From Sphaerodactylus townsendi (lineage: Eukaryota): 64,000 nt of DNA. The stretch covers positions 74,896,001 through 74,960,000 of the forward strand of contig NC_059428.1 in NCBI RefSeq assembly GCF_021028975.2, written 5' to 3'. Below, piece by piece: positions 23,166 through 36,768 of the stretch. The notes below the pieces were generated by a model. It was not told the origin of the DNA and made no database searches. It was given only the letters and a program-made list of their open reading frames with translations. Every line of letters starts with the position of its first letter. The first letter of the stretch is position 1. The position numbers and the translations under genes were made by a program.

Positions 23166-23671
23166 CAGTGGTGGCGAACCTATGGCACGGGTGCCAGAGG
23201 TGGCACTCAGAGCCCTCTCTGTGGGCACATGCAAACAGAGTGCCCCCCCACACACACATACATGTAGGCTGGCCTGGGCCGCTGGGCTCGATTATCAGCA
23301 TTAAACCAAAGACCTAGTTTTGGGGAAGCAGTGTAGGTAACCCTGTTAAGCGCTGTTAAACCCCACTAATTTTCATGCGAAGAACTAAAGCACAATCTTT
23401 ACCTGGGAGTTGGCAGTGGGGGCTTGCTTCTGAGCAAACCCTCCTAGGGTCGTGATTCACTCGTTGGAAGAGTTGCACGATTGCTTCAAAGCAAAGTCAC
23501 CGACTACCACCAAGCTTACTCCTGAGTAATGCACGCCTTGGGGTCAACTGTTTTAGTCTAAACTAAAACCTCAGTATTCAGGTTAAATTGCCATGTTGGC
23601 ACTTTGTGATAAATAAGTGGGTTTGGGGTTACAATTTGGGCACTCAGTCTCAAAAAGGTTCGCCATCACTG
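23166..23671. mobile_element. hAT (Charlie-type) MITE, copy 2 of the same family
   Basis: Same TIRs and colinear interior as 19821-20341; exact TSD CCTTAACA. Confidence 0.92.
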
Positions 23672-24933
23672 CCTTAACAGTTGCTAGTTCTCTGGTTTCA
23701 GCAGGAAATCAGAAATTAATTTGCCCCAGGTTTCCTGTAAAGACCTTATTCCAACAAATAATTTCTCAGTTTTCTCATTTAAAATGTTGTTTAAAACTGA
23801 ATATGTCAAAATATGAAAGAATCAAAGATACACCGATCACACTAGCATGTTTTAAAATGAATTACAAATAAAACAACACAATGATAGTCCTACTTTATCT
23901 AAATTTCATAACAGTGATTCAAGTTCTAAGTCTTCTTATCCAAGAATTGGCACAATAATTAATCCAAATTTGAGAAATTCCTATGCCATAGCACAGAAAG
24001 CCTATGTAGAGTGGGCCTGTGAAAAACCCTCTTTCTGCCAAATTGCCTGTTTTATAATGCTCCTCTGAGTATACAAATGAAATTAAGGAATTAATGTAGA
24101 TGCTAAGTACCAATCACTAAGTTCCAATTACTATCTTCTGTTTCCTCAGTGGTGCCAACTTCCTTAACAACTGCCACCAAGGATGCTCCATAACCCATTG
24201 GAGAGGGCATGCAGCACTGGACTCTTTCTCAGACTCAGAGTGAACAGCAGGGCATTTGGGTGGCAGGAAAATCATCAAGAAGGCACTTAAAACTACTGGG
24301 TGACCACTAAGCACTAATACCCAATGGGGTGAGCAAAGTCCATACTGTGTGACAAACATGATTCATTGCAGAATCCTAACTGGTACCCTACCTCCAGAGG
24401 GTCCCCTTGAAAGGGTGACTACGGAGTGACAGGTAAGCAGTGGCCTGGACCCCATACCTGCTTCCCTGCTCCCATCGTATGAGGCCAGGTACTGCCTAGG
24501 CCATGCAGCCTCCCAAAATCCAGCCCAACATTGTGTTTATGTGGGAATAGCATGAACCACAGCCTCCTGGCGCCATCATCCCTGTCGTGAGATGGGAAAA
24601 GATCCCAAGAAAGATTCCTAGGCAAACTGCCAGTGGATGTTTTCAGCCTCAAAAGGGGCTTCTAGTTCATTCTTTTGTCTGGAACCATTGTGTCCAGTAG
24701 AGGACAAAGTGTATTAGAGGTTTGGAAGGGCCCTTGGAGCAGCTTGCTGGGCAACCCTTGTACTCATTCCTTTGCAGGACCAGAGCCTTGTGCAGGAGTG
24801 GCAGTTTGTTATGGCAGATGGCTAATCCTTCAACACAGTCTGGATGGTACCAACATCTGCCTTAAAGGAATTGTGAGGTGAACTCCTGTCAAAGAAAGAT
24901 ACTAAAAATAATTCCCTTCTCATGAGTCTAGGA

Positions 24934-25025
24934 CAGGGGTAGGGAACCTGCGGCTCTCCAGATGTTCAGGAACTACAATTCCCATCAGCCCCTATCAGCA
25001 TGGCCAATTGGGTTCCCTACCCATG
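24934..25025. mobile_element. Short internally deleted hAT MITE
   Basis: TIR CAGGGGTAGGGAACC / GGTTCCCTACCCATG; exact TSD GTCTAGGA. Confidence 0.85.
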
Positions 25026-26204
25026 GTCTAGGACTATGGTTTCTGCCTGGGCTCCATAGCCATGGATGAGCCCATTATGGCACTTCAGTGTGGTTGCTAT
25101 CACTGCATATGTCTCTGTTTGGCTTTTCTGCAGGTGATGGTTCAACAGGGAGACCTCAGGGCATGGCCAGTACTGTTCCCCTCCCCCACTTCCGCTCTGC
25201 TAAATTTGCTATGCTAAGTCCCAGCTCACTCCCTAAAGTGCAGCATTTAACCCGGCCAGCCCTTCCACCAGCTACCCCACTCCATTGAGATGCATGCCAT
25301 ACCAGGAAAGACTCAGTCTGTCTCCCTATGACCCTAGGGAGATGGCATCTTGAGTCATCAGACCTTTATGTGACTTGCAATTCAATAAAGTCTGAGTTGT
25401 GCCACAGCTGTGCCCCCATTTGGTTCCAAATGCATAACAGGGGCTTCTCACACCCTACTACATCACCCTCTCCCCTCCCCATCCACAACTTTTCCTTATG
25501 GCTGCCTGATGTCATGTCCAAGAGGTAGGTTCTTTCCCAGTGATGCCCATGCTTGGTTGCACATCCTGGTGCTGCTGGTCCCCCATCATGGTCATCTGCC
25601 AAACATAGTAGGGGGTCAGCAGCACCTCCAAAGCTTATTTCATACCTGGGTCCCTCCCCCCACAAAGACACACTATGGCTGCTGTGTGATGGCAAGATAG
25701 CAAGTGCGGTATCTTATAAGCAAAATGGTCCCCACATCAAAATAAGGAAACACCTGGGCTTCTATGGGGAAGTAATAGTTTCATGTCATTATGCTCCAGA
25801 GTTGTGAAATTGTCATACTTTCATCACCTTTCAGTTTCAGTGATGATTCCTGAAAACAGAAAGAGGAAATATATTTGGAACCAGAAGTGCCTACCAACAT
25901 GCAACGCACATATGCTTGCCAACTGATGAAGATACAGCCTGAAGTCTCAGTACGGCTAATGAAATTAACAAATACAAAGAAGTATCTGGTGATCTAACTT
26001 TATAACTGTGTTGTTTGTTTAAAGGTGCTAAGGTATAAAGGGATACTTACCTAAAACTATGGAGAATACTGTACCTAGAAAGATAACATGGTATGATTTA
26101 AATTTTCCTTGGACAGATTTTTCTGTGGCTACTCTAGCCCTATTTATTTGCTTCTTTCTGTCCCCCCATCACCAAAGTCTCTGAGCAGCAGACTTCCAGT
26201 TGAA

Positions 26205-27432
26205 TTTATTATTTATTTATTTATTTATTTTTTAATCTTATATACCGCCCAACCCCCGAAGGGCTCTGGGCGGTGAACAACAGTAAATTACATATAGGTT
26301 TTAAAAGAATTAAGTTAAAAGCAGCAAATAATAACAACAATGCCTGCAATAGTACCAATTAAATGCTCCCAGAAGGGGAGGAAAAGAGTGGGGCCCATAG
26401 GTGGTAATGGCCCGAAAAACAGGAGGGTGGAGGGGGCACTCATCAGCGGTTGGACACTCCGTCTTGCAGGCCCGGTGGAACAACTCCGTCTTGCAGGCCC
26501 TGCGGAACTCACCAAGATCCCGCAGGGCCCGGAGAGCTGGAGGAAGAGTGTTCCACCAGGCAGGGGCCAGGGCTGTAAAAGTCCTGGCCCGCGTGGAGGC
26601 CAGCCGCGTCATTGAGGGGCCAGGGACTACCAGCAAATTGGCCTCTGCTGAACGCAGAGGCCTAGTAGGGACATATGGGGTAATGCGGTCCCAAAGGTAT
26701 GAGGGTCCCAGGCCGCGTAAAGCCTTAAAGGTAAGTACCCATACCTTGAAGATGATCCGGAATTCAACCGGGAGCCAATGCAGGCGACGCAATATTGGTT
26801 GAATATGGTCACGGGAGGCGCCCCCCGTGAGCAAGCGGGCCGCCGCATTTTGGACCAGTTGTAACCTCCGGATCAACCGCAAGGGTAGGCCCGCGTAAAG
26901 CGAGTTACAATAGTCCAACCTGGAGGTGACCGTTGCATGGATCACCGTGGCCAGGTCCGTGTGGGAGAGGAAGGGAACCAGCCGCTGGGCCTGTCGAAGA
27001 TGGAAAAACGCAACCCGGGTTATATGGGCCACCTGGGTCTCCATTGAAAGAGACGAATCCAGGTGGACCCCCAGGCTGCAGACCGAGGGGGCCGGCGCCA
27101 ATAAGGCCCCCTCCCACACCGGCGGCTGGAAATTCCCACCCTCCCCCCCACGGCCAAGCCAGAGGATCTCCGTCTTTGATGGATTAAGTTTTAACCTGCT
27201 CTGTTGCAACCAACCAGCAACCGCCTCCAAACAGTGCTGGAGAGCTGCAGGGGCGATGACCGCTCCCCCCTCCATCAACAGAATGAGCTGAGTGTCATCA
27301 GCGTACTGATGACAGATCAGCCCAAAACTCCGTACCAGCTGAGCAAGGGGTCGCATGTAGATATTAAATAACAGCAGGGACAATAGCGCTCCCTGAGGTA
27401 CCCCACAATGAAGTGGGCACCGTCGGGAATTC
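26205..27432 (-). mobile_element. 5'-truncated L2-clade LINE, relatively young; RT C-terminal ORF 26310..27383
   Basis: YADDTQL, LKLNPSKTE, SRLDYCNSL, LHWLPVEFRI motifs; 3' stem-loop ccgcccagagccc...gggcgg followed by an (AAAT)n tail. Confidence 0.93.
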
Positions 27433-29990
27433 AGGCAGCCTTTGTCTTTTTAAAGGCTTCAGTAAGAGTTGTAAACCCGAACTTTTAAAAAAGAGTCTTT
27501 GGAGCTACATGGTTGCATTTCAGAATGGTCAGGACAATAGAGGGTTAGGAATTCTTAAACAAGAGCTATTCCTTTATTAAAGTTACTGTTAATTTTTTGA
27601 TGTTCTGAATTTTTGAATATTCTTTGTTTTAAATGGTTGTATTTCGTTGCTTGTCTTTGATCCCATTTGTCTGGGAGAAACATGGGTGTATAAATAGTTT
27701 AAATATATAAAATAAAAAAATCCCCCACTGTCAGCCAGAGACCATTATAATACCTTTCAAACGTGAACTCCCTAAGTTAATCATACATTGTTTGAAGAAA
27801 TACATTGTGAGACACTTTTCAATGGATCGCAAAGGAATGCACAAAGATTTTCCTGCATGTCCCATTTATTAATAACATTCTGAAATTAAAATGCAGGGAG
27901 CTCAACTGTGTTCAATTGTACCTTTCCTGCCAAGTTTGGGTATTTGCGACAACCTATGTTAGAAGTGAGGGACTTTGTGCAGTCTTTTACTTCAGACTCT
28001 AGGGGGGGGGGGGGTCAGAGAGAAAGTGGGGTCCAGCCACTGGACATTCTTTCTCTGCTGCTCTGACACTACCCCTTTGATGTATAGACTGCTAACCTCA
28101 GGGAAACCCCCTTCCTGCTTTCCCGCCTCCTCCATATGTACCCATACTCTTCTTCATCTTGCCATCATGAGGGCAGAATGCAGGTCCTGTATCTCTCCCC
28201 CCAACCTATTAGTTTGACTAGATTAGGAAGCTACAGTTACTCTATCTTATCCACAGTTGGAGTTCCCACAATAAATGAAGTATATTAGTTTGAATAGATA
28301 AAGGAGGCTTTTTATAAATTCATCCCTAGCACACACAGAGATCAGATGGGCTTTGCTGTGCACTCTGCTAACTTTAGATTTTGCACAAAAATCTAACACC
28401 TTACACTGGATGATAAGTATTACGTACGTTCAGCCTTCCTATGGTGCTTAATGCTGCACTCTTTGGTTTCATATGGAACAAATAGATCATATAGCAATTT
28501 ATTTTTATGAGCAAGCAAAATGCTAGTCACACAAATACACTAAAAACTCTTGCACTGAAGATGAGTGCGTTTCATTTGTTTTTCCCCTAGATTTGCATAT
28601 TTTGAACAGAAGTAAAGCTATTCCATATCATGCAGGAAAACAGCTCCCTTTTCTCTGAACAGAACAGTGATTCATGTAGATGTGGGTTATGATAAAGTTT
28701 TTTTCCTCCCTGAGTCATTTAAATAATTGTTTTGCTTTTCTTCTACTTGAGACACTTTCTGGCAGATGACACACTTCATCACACTTCCAATTTCAGTATT
28801 TTGGAATTAGCATGTCCATATATTTGAGGTACTACAAGGAAGTCTATCTGATATTGCTTATTTAATTTAGATTGTGATACTCTAATTCATATATTATTTG
28901 ACTGCAAGGCCTTGTTCACTTAAGAGAGATATACATGAAGGAAGTAGTATGTGGCAAAGTTAGAAATTACTCTGCATCCAATGTGGTTTCTGTCCATTTT
29001 GACTGAACAAAGAAAGCATTCCCACTTTTAACTGTTCAAGCTTTTACACATACGTTTGACATACAGAGAACCATAGAACTAAGCAGTGTGTGTAACTTAC
29101 AACACCAACAGTTAGATGATTTATAGCCCAATCCAGAAGGGGAGGGCGAAGAGGGTTGTGGAGGCAACTGGGCCCTATGCCAGTGGAAACATGCTCCCTG
29201 GAGCACTTACCCCAACATAGGGGCAAATCTGCTGGCAGGTGGCTGACATGGCCTCCCACCCCAGCACCATCACCAGCCCTGCTGGCATAGTGGAGGAGTT
29301 CCAGAGACGTGGCCATCGGCTCCCACCATGGCATTGCCTCCAGGAACGTGGTAGACTGGAACATGGACCTTTGGGATGGTATAAGCTAGCCCATTGAGCT
29401 CAATGGAGGGCTTTTTGGTGGCCAGGAGGAGAGGGTTGCCTCATCATGTCGCCAAAAAGCCCTCTGGATTGAGCTCTGAATTCGGCTGCCCCTAGCTGCC
29501 ACAGTGCTCTGGATTGGGTTGCCTGAGCCCAATCTGGGGGTGGGGGCAAACTCTCCTCTGGAGCTGATGCAGCCCTGTGTTGATGGAGGCTCCCACGCCA
29601 CCAGCACAATTGGCAAATGCACTGGTGAAGGTGATAGACATGTGGACACCCAGGAGCCATGTCTCAGCCTCTTTTGCCTAGAATGCTGCACTGGCATGGC
29701 TGGGGGCATTCTGGGGGTATTTTCAGGATTACGTAAGTTAATGAATCCAATAGAAGACTTTCTGGGGGCAGGTTTCTTTTAATCTTTTCTCCCTCCCCAC
29801 ACCACTAGAAAACTCTCTGGAGATGGTAGGGTGACATCCCTGGCTGCCCAGGGCTCTGGACTGGGATGTTACTCAACCCTTTGCTAAAGAGTTATCAGTA
29901 TGGAAAAAGCAGGTATAAACATTATGGCCACTGCTTTGGCAAAATGGGACAATCTTGCTCCTTATTCCATTCATTCCTGAGACTCTGAGT

Positions 29991-32900
29991 ATTATTTTAT
30001 TTATTTATTTATTTATTTCAATTTATTATACCGCCCCATCCCCGTAGGGCTCTGGGCGGTGTACAATACAATGCACATATACAGATAAAAATGCACGTAT
30101 ACAAGTAAAATAACTAAAACCATTAAAAGCAGCAGTAAAATAAAAACTAGTAGAAAGATTAAAACTAACACGCAATGGCGTCCGACAGATCCATTTCCAA
30201 ACCCTCTTTCAGGGGGAAGATCAGCAAACCCCAGATGGCAAAGGCACTGATGTAAAGGCCATGGGGGGGGGGGCACCATCAACGGCTGGATCCTCCAAAG
30301 GCCTGGCGGAACAACTCCGTCTTACAGGCCCTGCGGAATTCAGTAAGATCCCGCAGGGTCCGGACAACTGGTGGAAGAGCGTTCCACCAGGCTGGGGCCA
30401 GGGCCGTAAAGCCCTGGCCCGTGTGGAGGCCAACCCATTATCAGCGAGGGGCAAGGGACCACCAGTAGATTGGCCTCCGCAGAGCGAAGAGGCCGTATAG
30501 GGACATGTGGGGTGATGCGGTCCCGAAGATACGAAGGTCCCAGGCCGCGTAAGGCCTTAAAGGTCAGCACCAACCCCTTGAAGATGATTCGGAACTCTAC
30601 TGGGAGCCAATGCAGCTGGCGCAGCACAGGCTGGATATGATCCCAGGTGGCACTGCCTGTAAGCAGAGCAGCGCAGCTGCATTTTGGACCAGTTTTAACC
30701 TCCGAATCAGGCGCAAGGGGAGGCCCGCGGAACGCGAGTTACCAGAGTCTAGCCTGGAGATGACCGTTGCATGGATCACTGTGGCCAGGTCAGTTTGGGA
30801 GAGATAAGGGGCCAGCCGCCGGGCCTGGCAAAGGTGGAAGAAAGCAACCCGTGTTATATGGGCCACCTGGATCTCCATTGATAGAGACGAATCCAGGTGG
30901 ACCCCCAGGTTGCGTACGGAGGGGGTCGGTGCCAATGTGACCCCCTCCCACGCAGCGGCTGAAACATCCCCCTCTCCCCCTCACGGCCCAGCCAGAGGAT
31001 CTCCGTCTTCGATGGATTCAGTTTTAACCTACTCTGTCGCAACCAACCAGCGACCGCCTCCAAACAATGCTGTAGAGCTGCGGGGCGGTGGCTGTTCCCC
31101 CCTCCATCAGCAGAATGAGCTGAGTGTCATCTGCATACTGATGACAAGACAGCCCAAAACTCCGTACCAGCTGAGCAAGGGGTGCATGTAGATGTTAAAC
31201 AACAGCGGGGATAATAATGCCTGGGGTACACCGCAATCAGCGGGCACTTCCGGGAGGCCTCATCCCTGCACCTCACTTGCTGAGTCCGCGGAGAAACGAG
31301 GCAATCCACTGAAGGACGGTGCCCCGCACTCCAGAGGCAGCCAGGCGGTGGGTCAAAAGGTCATGAGTCGACCACATCAAACGCTCGCGGTAAGATCTAG
31401 CAATACCAGCAGCGCCGATCCTGTATGGTCAAGCTGCATACGGAGTGTATCTGTGACTGGCGGCGAGAACAGTCTCCGTCCATGCCCAGCACGGAAGCCG
31501 GACTGGAAGGGGTCGAAAGCCGATGTGTCATCCAGGAAGCCTGAAGCTGCTCCAGCACCACTCTCTCAATTACCTTCCCCAGGCGACAGATTCGAAACGG
31601 GAGGCGGTAATTGGCCAGATCCCTAGGATCTAATGATGGTCTTTTTAAGAGTGGGTGGACCACTGCTCCTTCAACCCATCTGGGAAAACTCCTTGCTCAA
31701 GGGAGTTATTGATGATACTCAACAGATGGGGTCGTAGCTCCGCCTGGCAGGCTTTCACAAGCCAAGGCAGACACGGATCCAGAAGGACAGGTAGTAGGTC
31801 TAACAGCAGCTAAGGTCGGTCCTGTCTACAGCGGCTTCATAGAGTAGGGAAAACTGGGCCAAACACGGGCCAGAAGCTGGCAAGGGAGTCTCCAGTTCAC
31901 TAATTGTAGCCAAAAGCGTGGGTGGGAGGTCATGGCGGAGGGCTTCGGCGCAACCTTATCGCCAAAGAAGCTCGCATAAATGCCTCACAGCTGATATCAA
32001 TTGGAGAGTTTGATGACCTCTCTCTGACCAAGGAGAGTCAATGACCGGCAATTATCTTGAAACAGATTGGAAGCTGAAGGCTAGAGCTGGCGGGCCGATG
32101 GAGGAGGAGAAGAAGACCCTCTTAAGCGCTCAGCCGTGCGCATGCATCATCATGGAGGCTTTCATAAGCGTCCTATAAGATGTTAGCGCCGAAAGCCATT
32201 GATGCGTGAGATTTCCTCCACACTGCGCTCTCTCTAGGCGTCTAAGACCCGCTTCATTTGGGCGCAACTCCCTCCATTATACCATGGAAGCGCGTCAGCG
32301 GGGGCTGTAAGAGGGCGCCGAGGGGCAACAACTGCTCGATGGCATCGGAGAGGCGGGCATTTCCAGTCCTCCACCTGCTCATGTCCCGAAAGGTGTGCCG
32401 GTAAAGGGTTCCAGAGAGTGAAAGAGCATTCAGGAAACCAAAGTGGATCCATAAAGTCTCAGCGGGCGGGCAAAAATGCGGCCCGTACGCCCTATGGAGC
32501 CGGGGGTGTTGACGGCCAACCGTCCATCCGGACCTTCAAAGGCATAAGTGGTCCGGACCATGGCACTCTATTGATAGAGGATCACGACCAGAGTTCATCC
32601 CTGAGCCGAAGACCAAATCCGAAGCGTGTGGACCGGCCTCATGGGTAGGGGCCAAAGTTGATTAAAGGAAGAGGCCTAAGCGTTGCCATAGATGACGCAC
32701 TAGGTCAGCGGCACGCCCGATACGCCGATGGCCCCGGCGGTACGTCGGCGTGGATGTTGAAGTCCCCAAAACAATAAGTTTGGGGAACCGCATAGCATAT
32801 CCGACACCACCTCCAGCAAACCGTGACAGAGCTGCACTCCCGATCGCGCTAAACCCGGTACACCAGGAAGAACAGCCAACCTCTCCGAAGGCCAACCACT

Positions 32901-33560
32901 CTAGGTGACCGACACACTCCATGCCAGTGATCTCCAGGTTAGGGACTGCCCTAAAGAGGGATAGACTCGCAGCCCGGATGAACAATGCCACTACCCCGGC
33001 CCTGTGTTGCGTGATGTCGGTGAGCCGCAGGCATGCGAAACCCGGGAGCGCGACTTCGCCCATGAAGCGACGGTCTCACCATGCAGCACCCAGGTTTTGG
33101 TGACACCTGCCAGAGTCCTGCTGGAGGCACCGAGGAAAATCTCGAGAGAAGTACCATGATGCTTATTGTTGAAATGGACCTGGCATTGATTAGCACCAAT
33201 GACGAAGCAAAATTATCCCTGATCCCAGCCACCATCGTTTCTTGCCAGGATTGGTAGGAGAGTCAGAAGGTGGGCGAGCATGGCTGTATCTCGTGCATCA
33301 CTTCTGTATCATATGGCGCGCCGCCTACGCAGTACTCTGCCCCGTCCCATCCAAAGCGGGGATCCCCAGCCCCAAAGTTGGTGCCCCCATAATTATGCAA
33401 CTTCCCTTTATCCTAAAACCTAACTAGTCTCAGCCTAACCAACCCTGGTATAAAAGCCAGGCTGATCAACTAACCTACCTATCGACTAATGCCTATAATA
33501 CAACAAGTAATAACTTCACAAAAACATTCCTATTACAACAATATCCTCTACCTGGGGAAG
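29991..33560 (-). mobile_element. Near-full-length L2-clade LINE ORF2 (endonuclease + RT), frameshifted
   Basis: Same 3' stem-loop and tail as the 26205 copy; RT fragments LKLNPSKTE, LHWLPVEFRI, PLLKRPSLDP..NYR; endonuclease fragments LINARSI, GVVALFIR, KLIVLG. Confidence 0.88.
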
Positions 33561-33744
33561 TGTAATATAGGGTTGGGAAAACTGAGGTTAAAGGAAACTA
33601 GATGATAAGCCCGAAGGGGCTGCACCACTTAGAATCTGTCCCGAAGTAAGACCTTGCTTGTATGAAGTGGTGGTGGGTGTATCCAGAGATGGGTAAGAAG
33701 TGCTACAGCCCGGAGTGAAGGCTGAGGGCTCACACCACCCAGAA

Positions 33745-34455
33745 GCCACACCACTTTGCAAGCCTTGGGCTGGTGGGATCCTGCGTAGCTGGGCCCACCC
33801 TGGAGTCCCAATGGTGGGTGGGGAAGGACTCTCCTCCTTCCCAGTGGCAGCAGGCAGCTCACCAGGTGGCTTCTGCTTGGCGGAGGCAGGCAGGCAGGTG
33901 GGAGGGGTCTGTCCCAGGCAGGGGCTAAGCACAGCTGCCTTGGGCTGCTGGGTGGAACTCCCTGCACGTGTGTAGCCTGCCCAGGCCCCACCCTGCAGGA
34001 TGTTTCTGGCCAATGGGGTGGGGTGGGGAAGGAGGACTCTAACCATTCCCAGTGGCGGCCCAGGCGTCAGCTCACCAGATGGACTTCTGCTTGGCAGGCA
34101 GGCAGGCGGAGGCCAGCAGGAGGGTCTCTATCCCAGAGCAGGGCTAAGCAGGGCTGGCCTTGGGCTGCTGGTGGAACTCTATTATGGCTGGCCCCACCTG
34201 GAGTGTTTCCAATGCAGGAGGTGGAGTGGGGAAGGACTCTCACTCCTTCCCAGTGGCAGCAGGCAGCAGCTCACCCGGTGGACTTCCGCTCGGCTGGCAG
34301 GCAGGCAGACCAACAGGAGGATCTGTCCCAGGCAGGGCTGAAAGGCTGGCTGCCTTGGGCTGCTGGTGGAACTCCTGTTGTAGCTGCCAGGCCCCACCCC
34401 CTGCAGGTGTTTCCAATGGGGTGGGTGGGGAAGGACTCTCACTCCTTCCCAGTGT
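33745..34455. repeat. Tandem array of about 3.5 GC-rich ~200-bp units at the 5' side of the L2
   Basis: Marker gaagg(ag)actctc..tccttcccagtg recurs at about 33823, 34028, 34231 and 34430. Confidence 0.85.
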
Positions 34456-34559
34456 CATATTTACTAATGAATATCAGTTATTTATAGACAAATATTGTAG
34501 GTTTTATTTTCTGTATTGATTCAGCATTTCCAGGAGCTAAGGGGACTGTGAGACACTTA

Positions 34560-36190
34560 ATGTCACAGGGTCATGTTTAGACACCAGCAGATGTTGTGAT
34601 TGTAAATACTGTCATTCAACAAAAGTTGACAAATCTAGAACTGAGAAAATGGCAGAAACTCATCTCATAGTCTATCAGTTGGTCCAATATAAACATCCCA
34701 TATCAGTCCAAGGTTTCCATAAAAAAAGATTTCTTCCCAATTTTTAGGTCTGGATTGGCCCATAATGTTAATTTAGCATGTAAAAAAATAGATCAAATTG
34801 ACAATTGTCCTGATATTATGGCCACAATATTATGTGCCATTGTTCTCTAGCTGTAGAAATTGCAAAATGAATGGGATCCACTCTAGTATAAGCAGTCCAA
34901 CTGCAAGGAGCAATCCCAATAATTAGTATGTTAACAAGTGATATCAACTATGATGAGGAAACCAGATCTTTCTTCAATGAATGAAAGTTGCATTCTCTTT
35001 AAAGAAATCCCAGGCAGCAAGAAACACCACATAAATTTCTAACGCAGAATATTACTTTAATGAACATACTTGCAAGGTACATAGAAAGGAAGTGCACATA
35101 AAATATAAACAATCTTAGGTATAATATTAATTTTAATTGTATACACTTAGCCCATGAAATTAAGTTTAAAGTTGCCAACCTATTCAAATGCAAGGATCTA
35201 TCAACAGTTAGCTTGTTAAAAGTTAGCATAATCACATGCATAAATCTCTAGGAACCAGTTTTTCAAGATAAGTAATGACATCTGGGCACCACAGAAAATG
35301 TCCATAGGCAAATCACACTCCATGATATATTGTCTCCTAGTTGCACCAACTCAGATTTTGCCCAATTAGTCAAATATCTAGTCAAGTCTCCAAATCATAT
35401 TAATTAATCCAGGAATGGAAGACTGAGGTTCTAAAATAAATATTAACCGATAATCTGCCTAAAGAATAATTTTTAATTGCAAGAAGTTATGCACAAAGGC
35501 ATGAATTTTATTGTTTTGTTTTGTCTAATAGCACACAAAAAGGTTCCAGGCATACATCAAAAATAAGAGAAAAAAGACAGCAACCATGTCTAGTATCTCT
35601 CTCAAGAGAAAATGATACAGAAGATATGCCATTAATATCCACTCTGGATCTTAAAGACAAATAAAGAATTCTAATCCACTTCAAAAATTTGTGAGGAAAA
35701 CCAAGTTTAGTCAGTGTAACGAAGAAAAATTTCCAGTATATTTTGTCAGAAGCTATTTTGGCATCAAGTGAGAGAACAGTAACTTGATCTGATCTACTAT
35801 TTAAAGCAATCAGTGTCCAACCTATGATTATCAGAACTTTGCCTACCTTGTAATAAACCATACTTGGTAATCGTGTAGTATACCAAAGCTGTGATGACCT
35901 TGTGAAGTCTGTTAGCAGGAACAGAAGTTAACAGCATCAAAGCAAAAGGACGAAAATGTGCACATTTTGAGTATGCTCTTTGCCAGGTTTTGGGATCAAA
36001 GTGATATAAACCAAACTTTAAAATCTCATTATACAATGAGTTTGGAAATGAAGAAACCTGAAAAGATTTTATACCTTTCAATAGGCAACCAAGCTGTTCA
36101 TGGAGATTTGCCATTATTCATATCCATTAACACTGCCTTTATTTCATCAGTGTGCAAAGGTTTGGCAAGAATCAGTTTCTGATTAATATA
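34560..36190 (-). mobile_element. Degenerate L1-clade LINE ORF2 (RT) remnant
   Basis: LSLDAKIASDKIYW...FLKWIRILY...NGISSVSFSLERDTRHGCCLFSLIF..LEP matches the L1 DAEKAFD / GTRQGCPLSP region; FRPFAL...ANRLHKVI lies upstream; boundaries approximate. Confidence 0.8.
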
Positions 36191-36768
36191 TAAACATGGA
36201 AGATCAAGATAAGAGAAAATGTTTCCTAGCTTTTCCTGAAAATTATTTGCCATTACTGTACAATTCAGAATAAAGCTTATAAAACTGTGAATTTATTTTA
36301 GTAGAAGCAGCACATATTGCATTTCTTGGTCAAAGGGATATAATCCTATATTTTTGTCTCTACTTTATGCATGTCTTTTTTTTCTTTTTTAAACACTATT
36401 TAGTTTCTGGATTTTGAGCTTTTCCCATGTCCCCCTCCCTTACCTTTTTAAAGAAACAAACATACTTTTTTTAAAAACCTCACTGTTCAGCTAAGTGATC
36501 TGTCCTGTACTTTCCTCTCCTTTTCTTCCAAGAACAAGAAAAAATTCATTTTAACTAACACAATATTGAAAGCAATTCCCCAAATCCCACTACTCAAATT
36601 CCATATGTGCCACTTATAGCACTGCAGTATACATATGCGAAAGACAGACATGCACTTTGAAATTAATTTTAATAGGCTTTTAAATCTAGTGAGAACCCAT
36701 ACATGTAAGTGATATAAAATTACTTTCAACCTTTTAGCACTACCTGTGAAGAAAAGCACTTGTTTAGT

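Noticed and set aside
33588-34519. Cluster of overlapping 70-154 aa ORFs
   Set aside because: By-product of a GC-rich tandem repeat; open on both strands with no domain motifs
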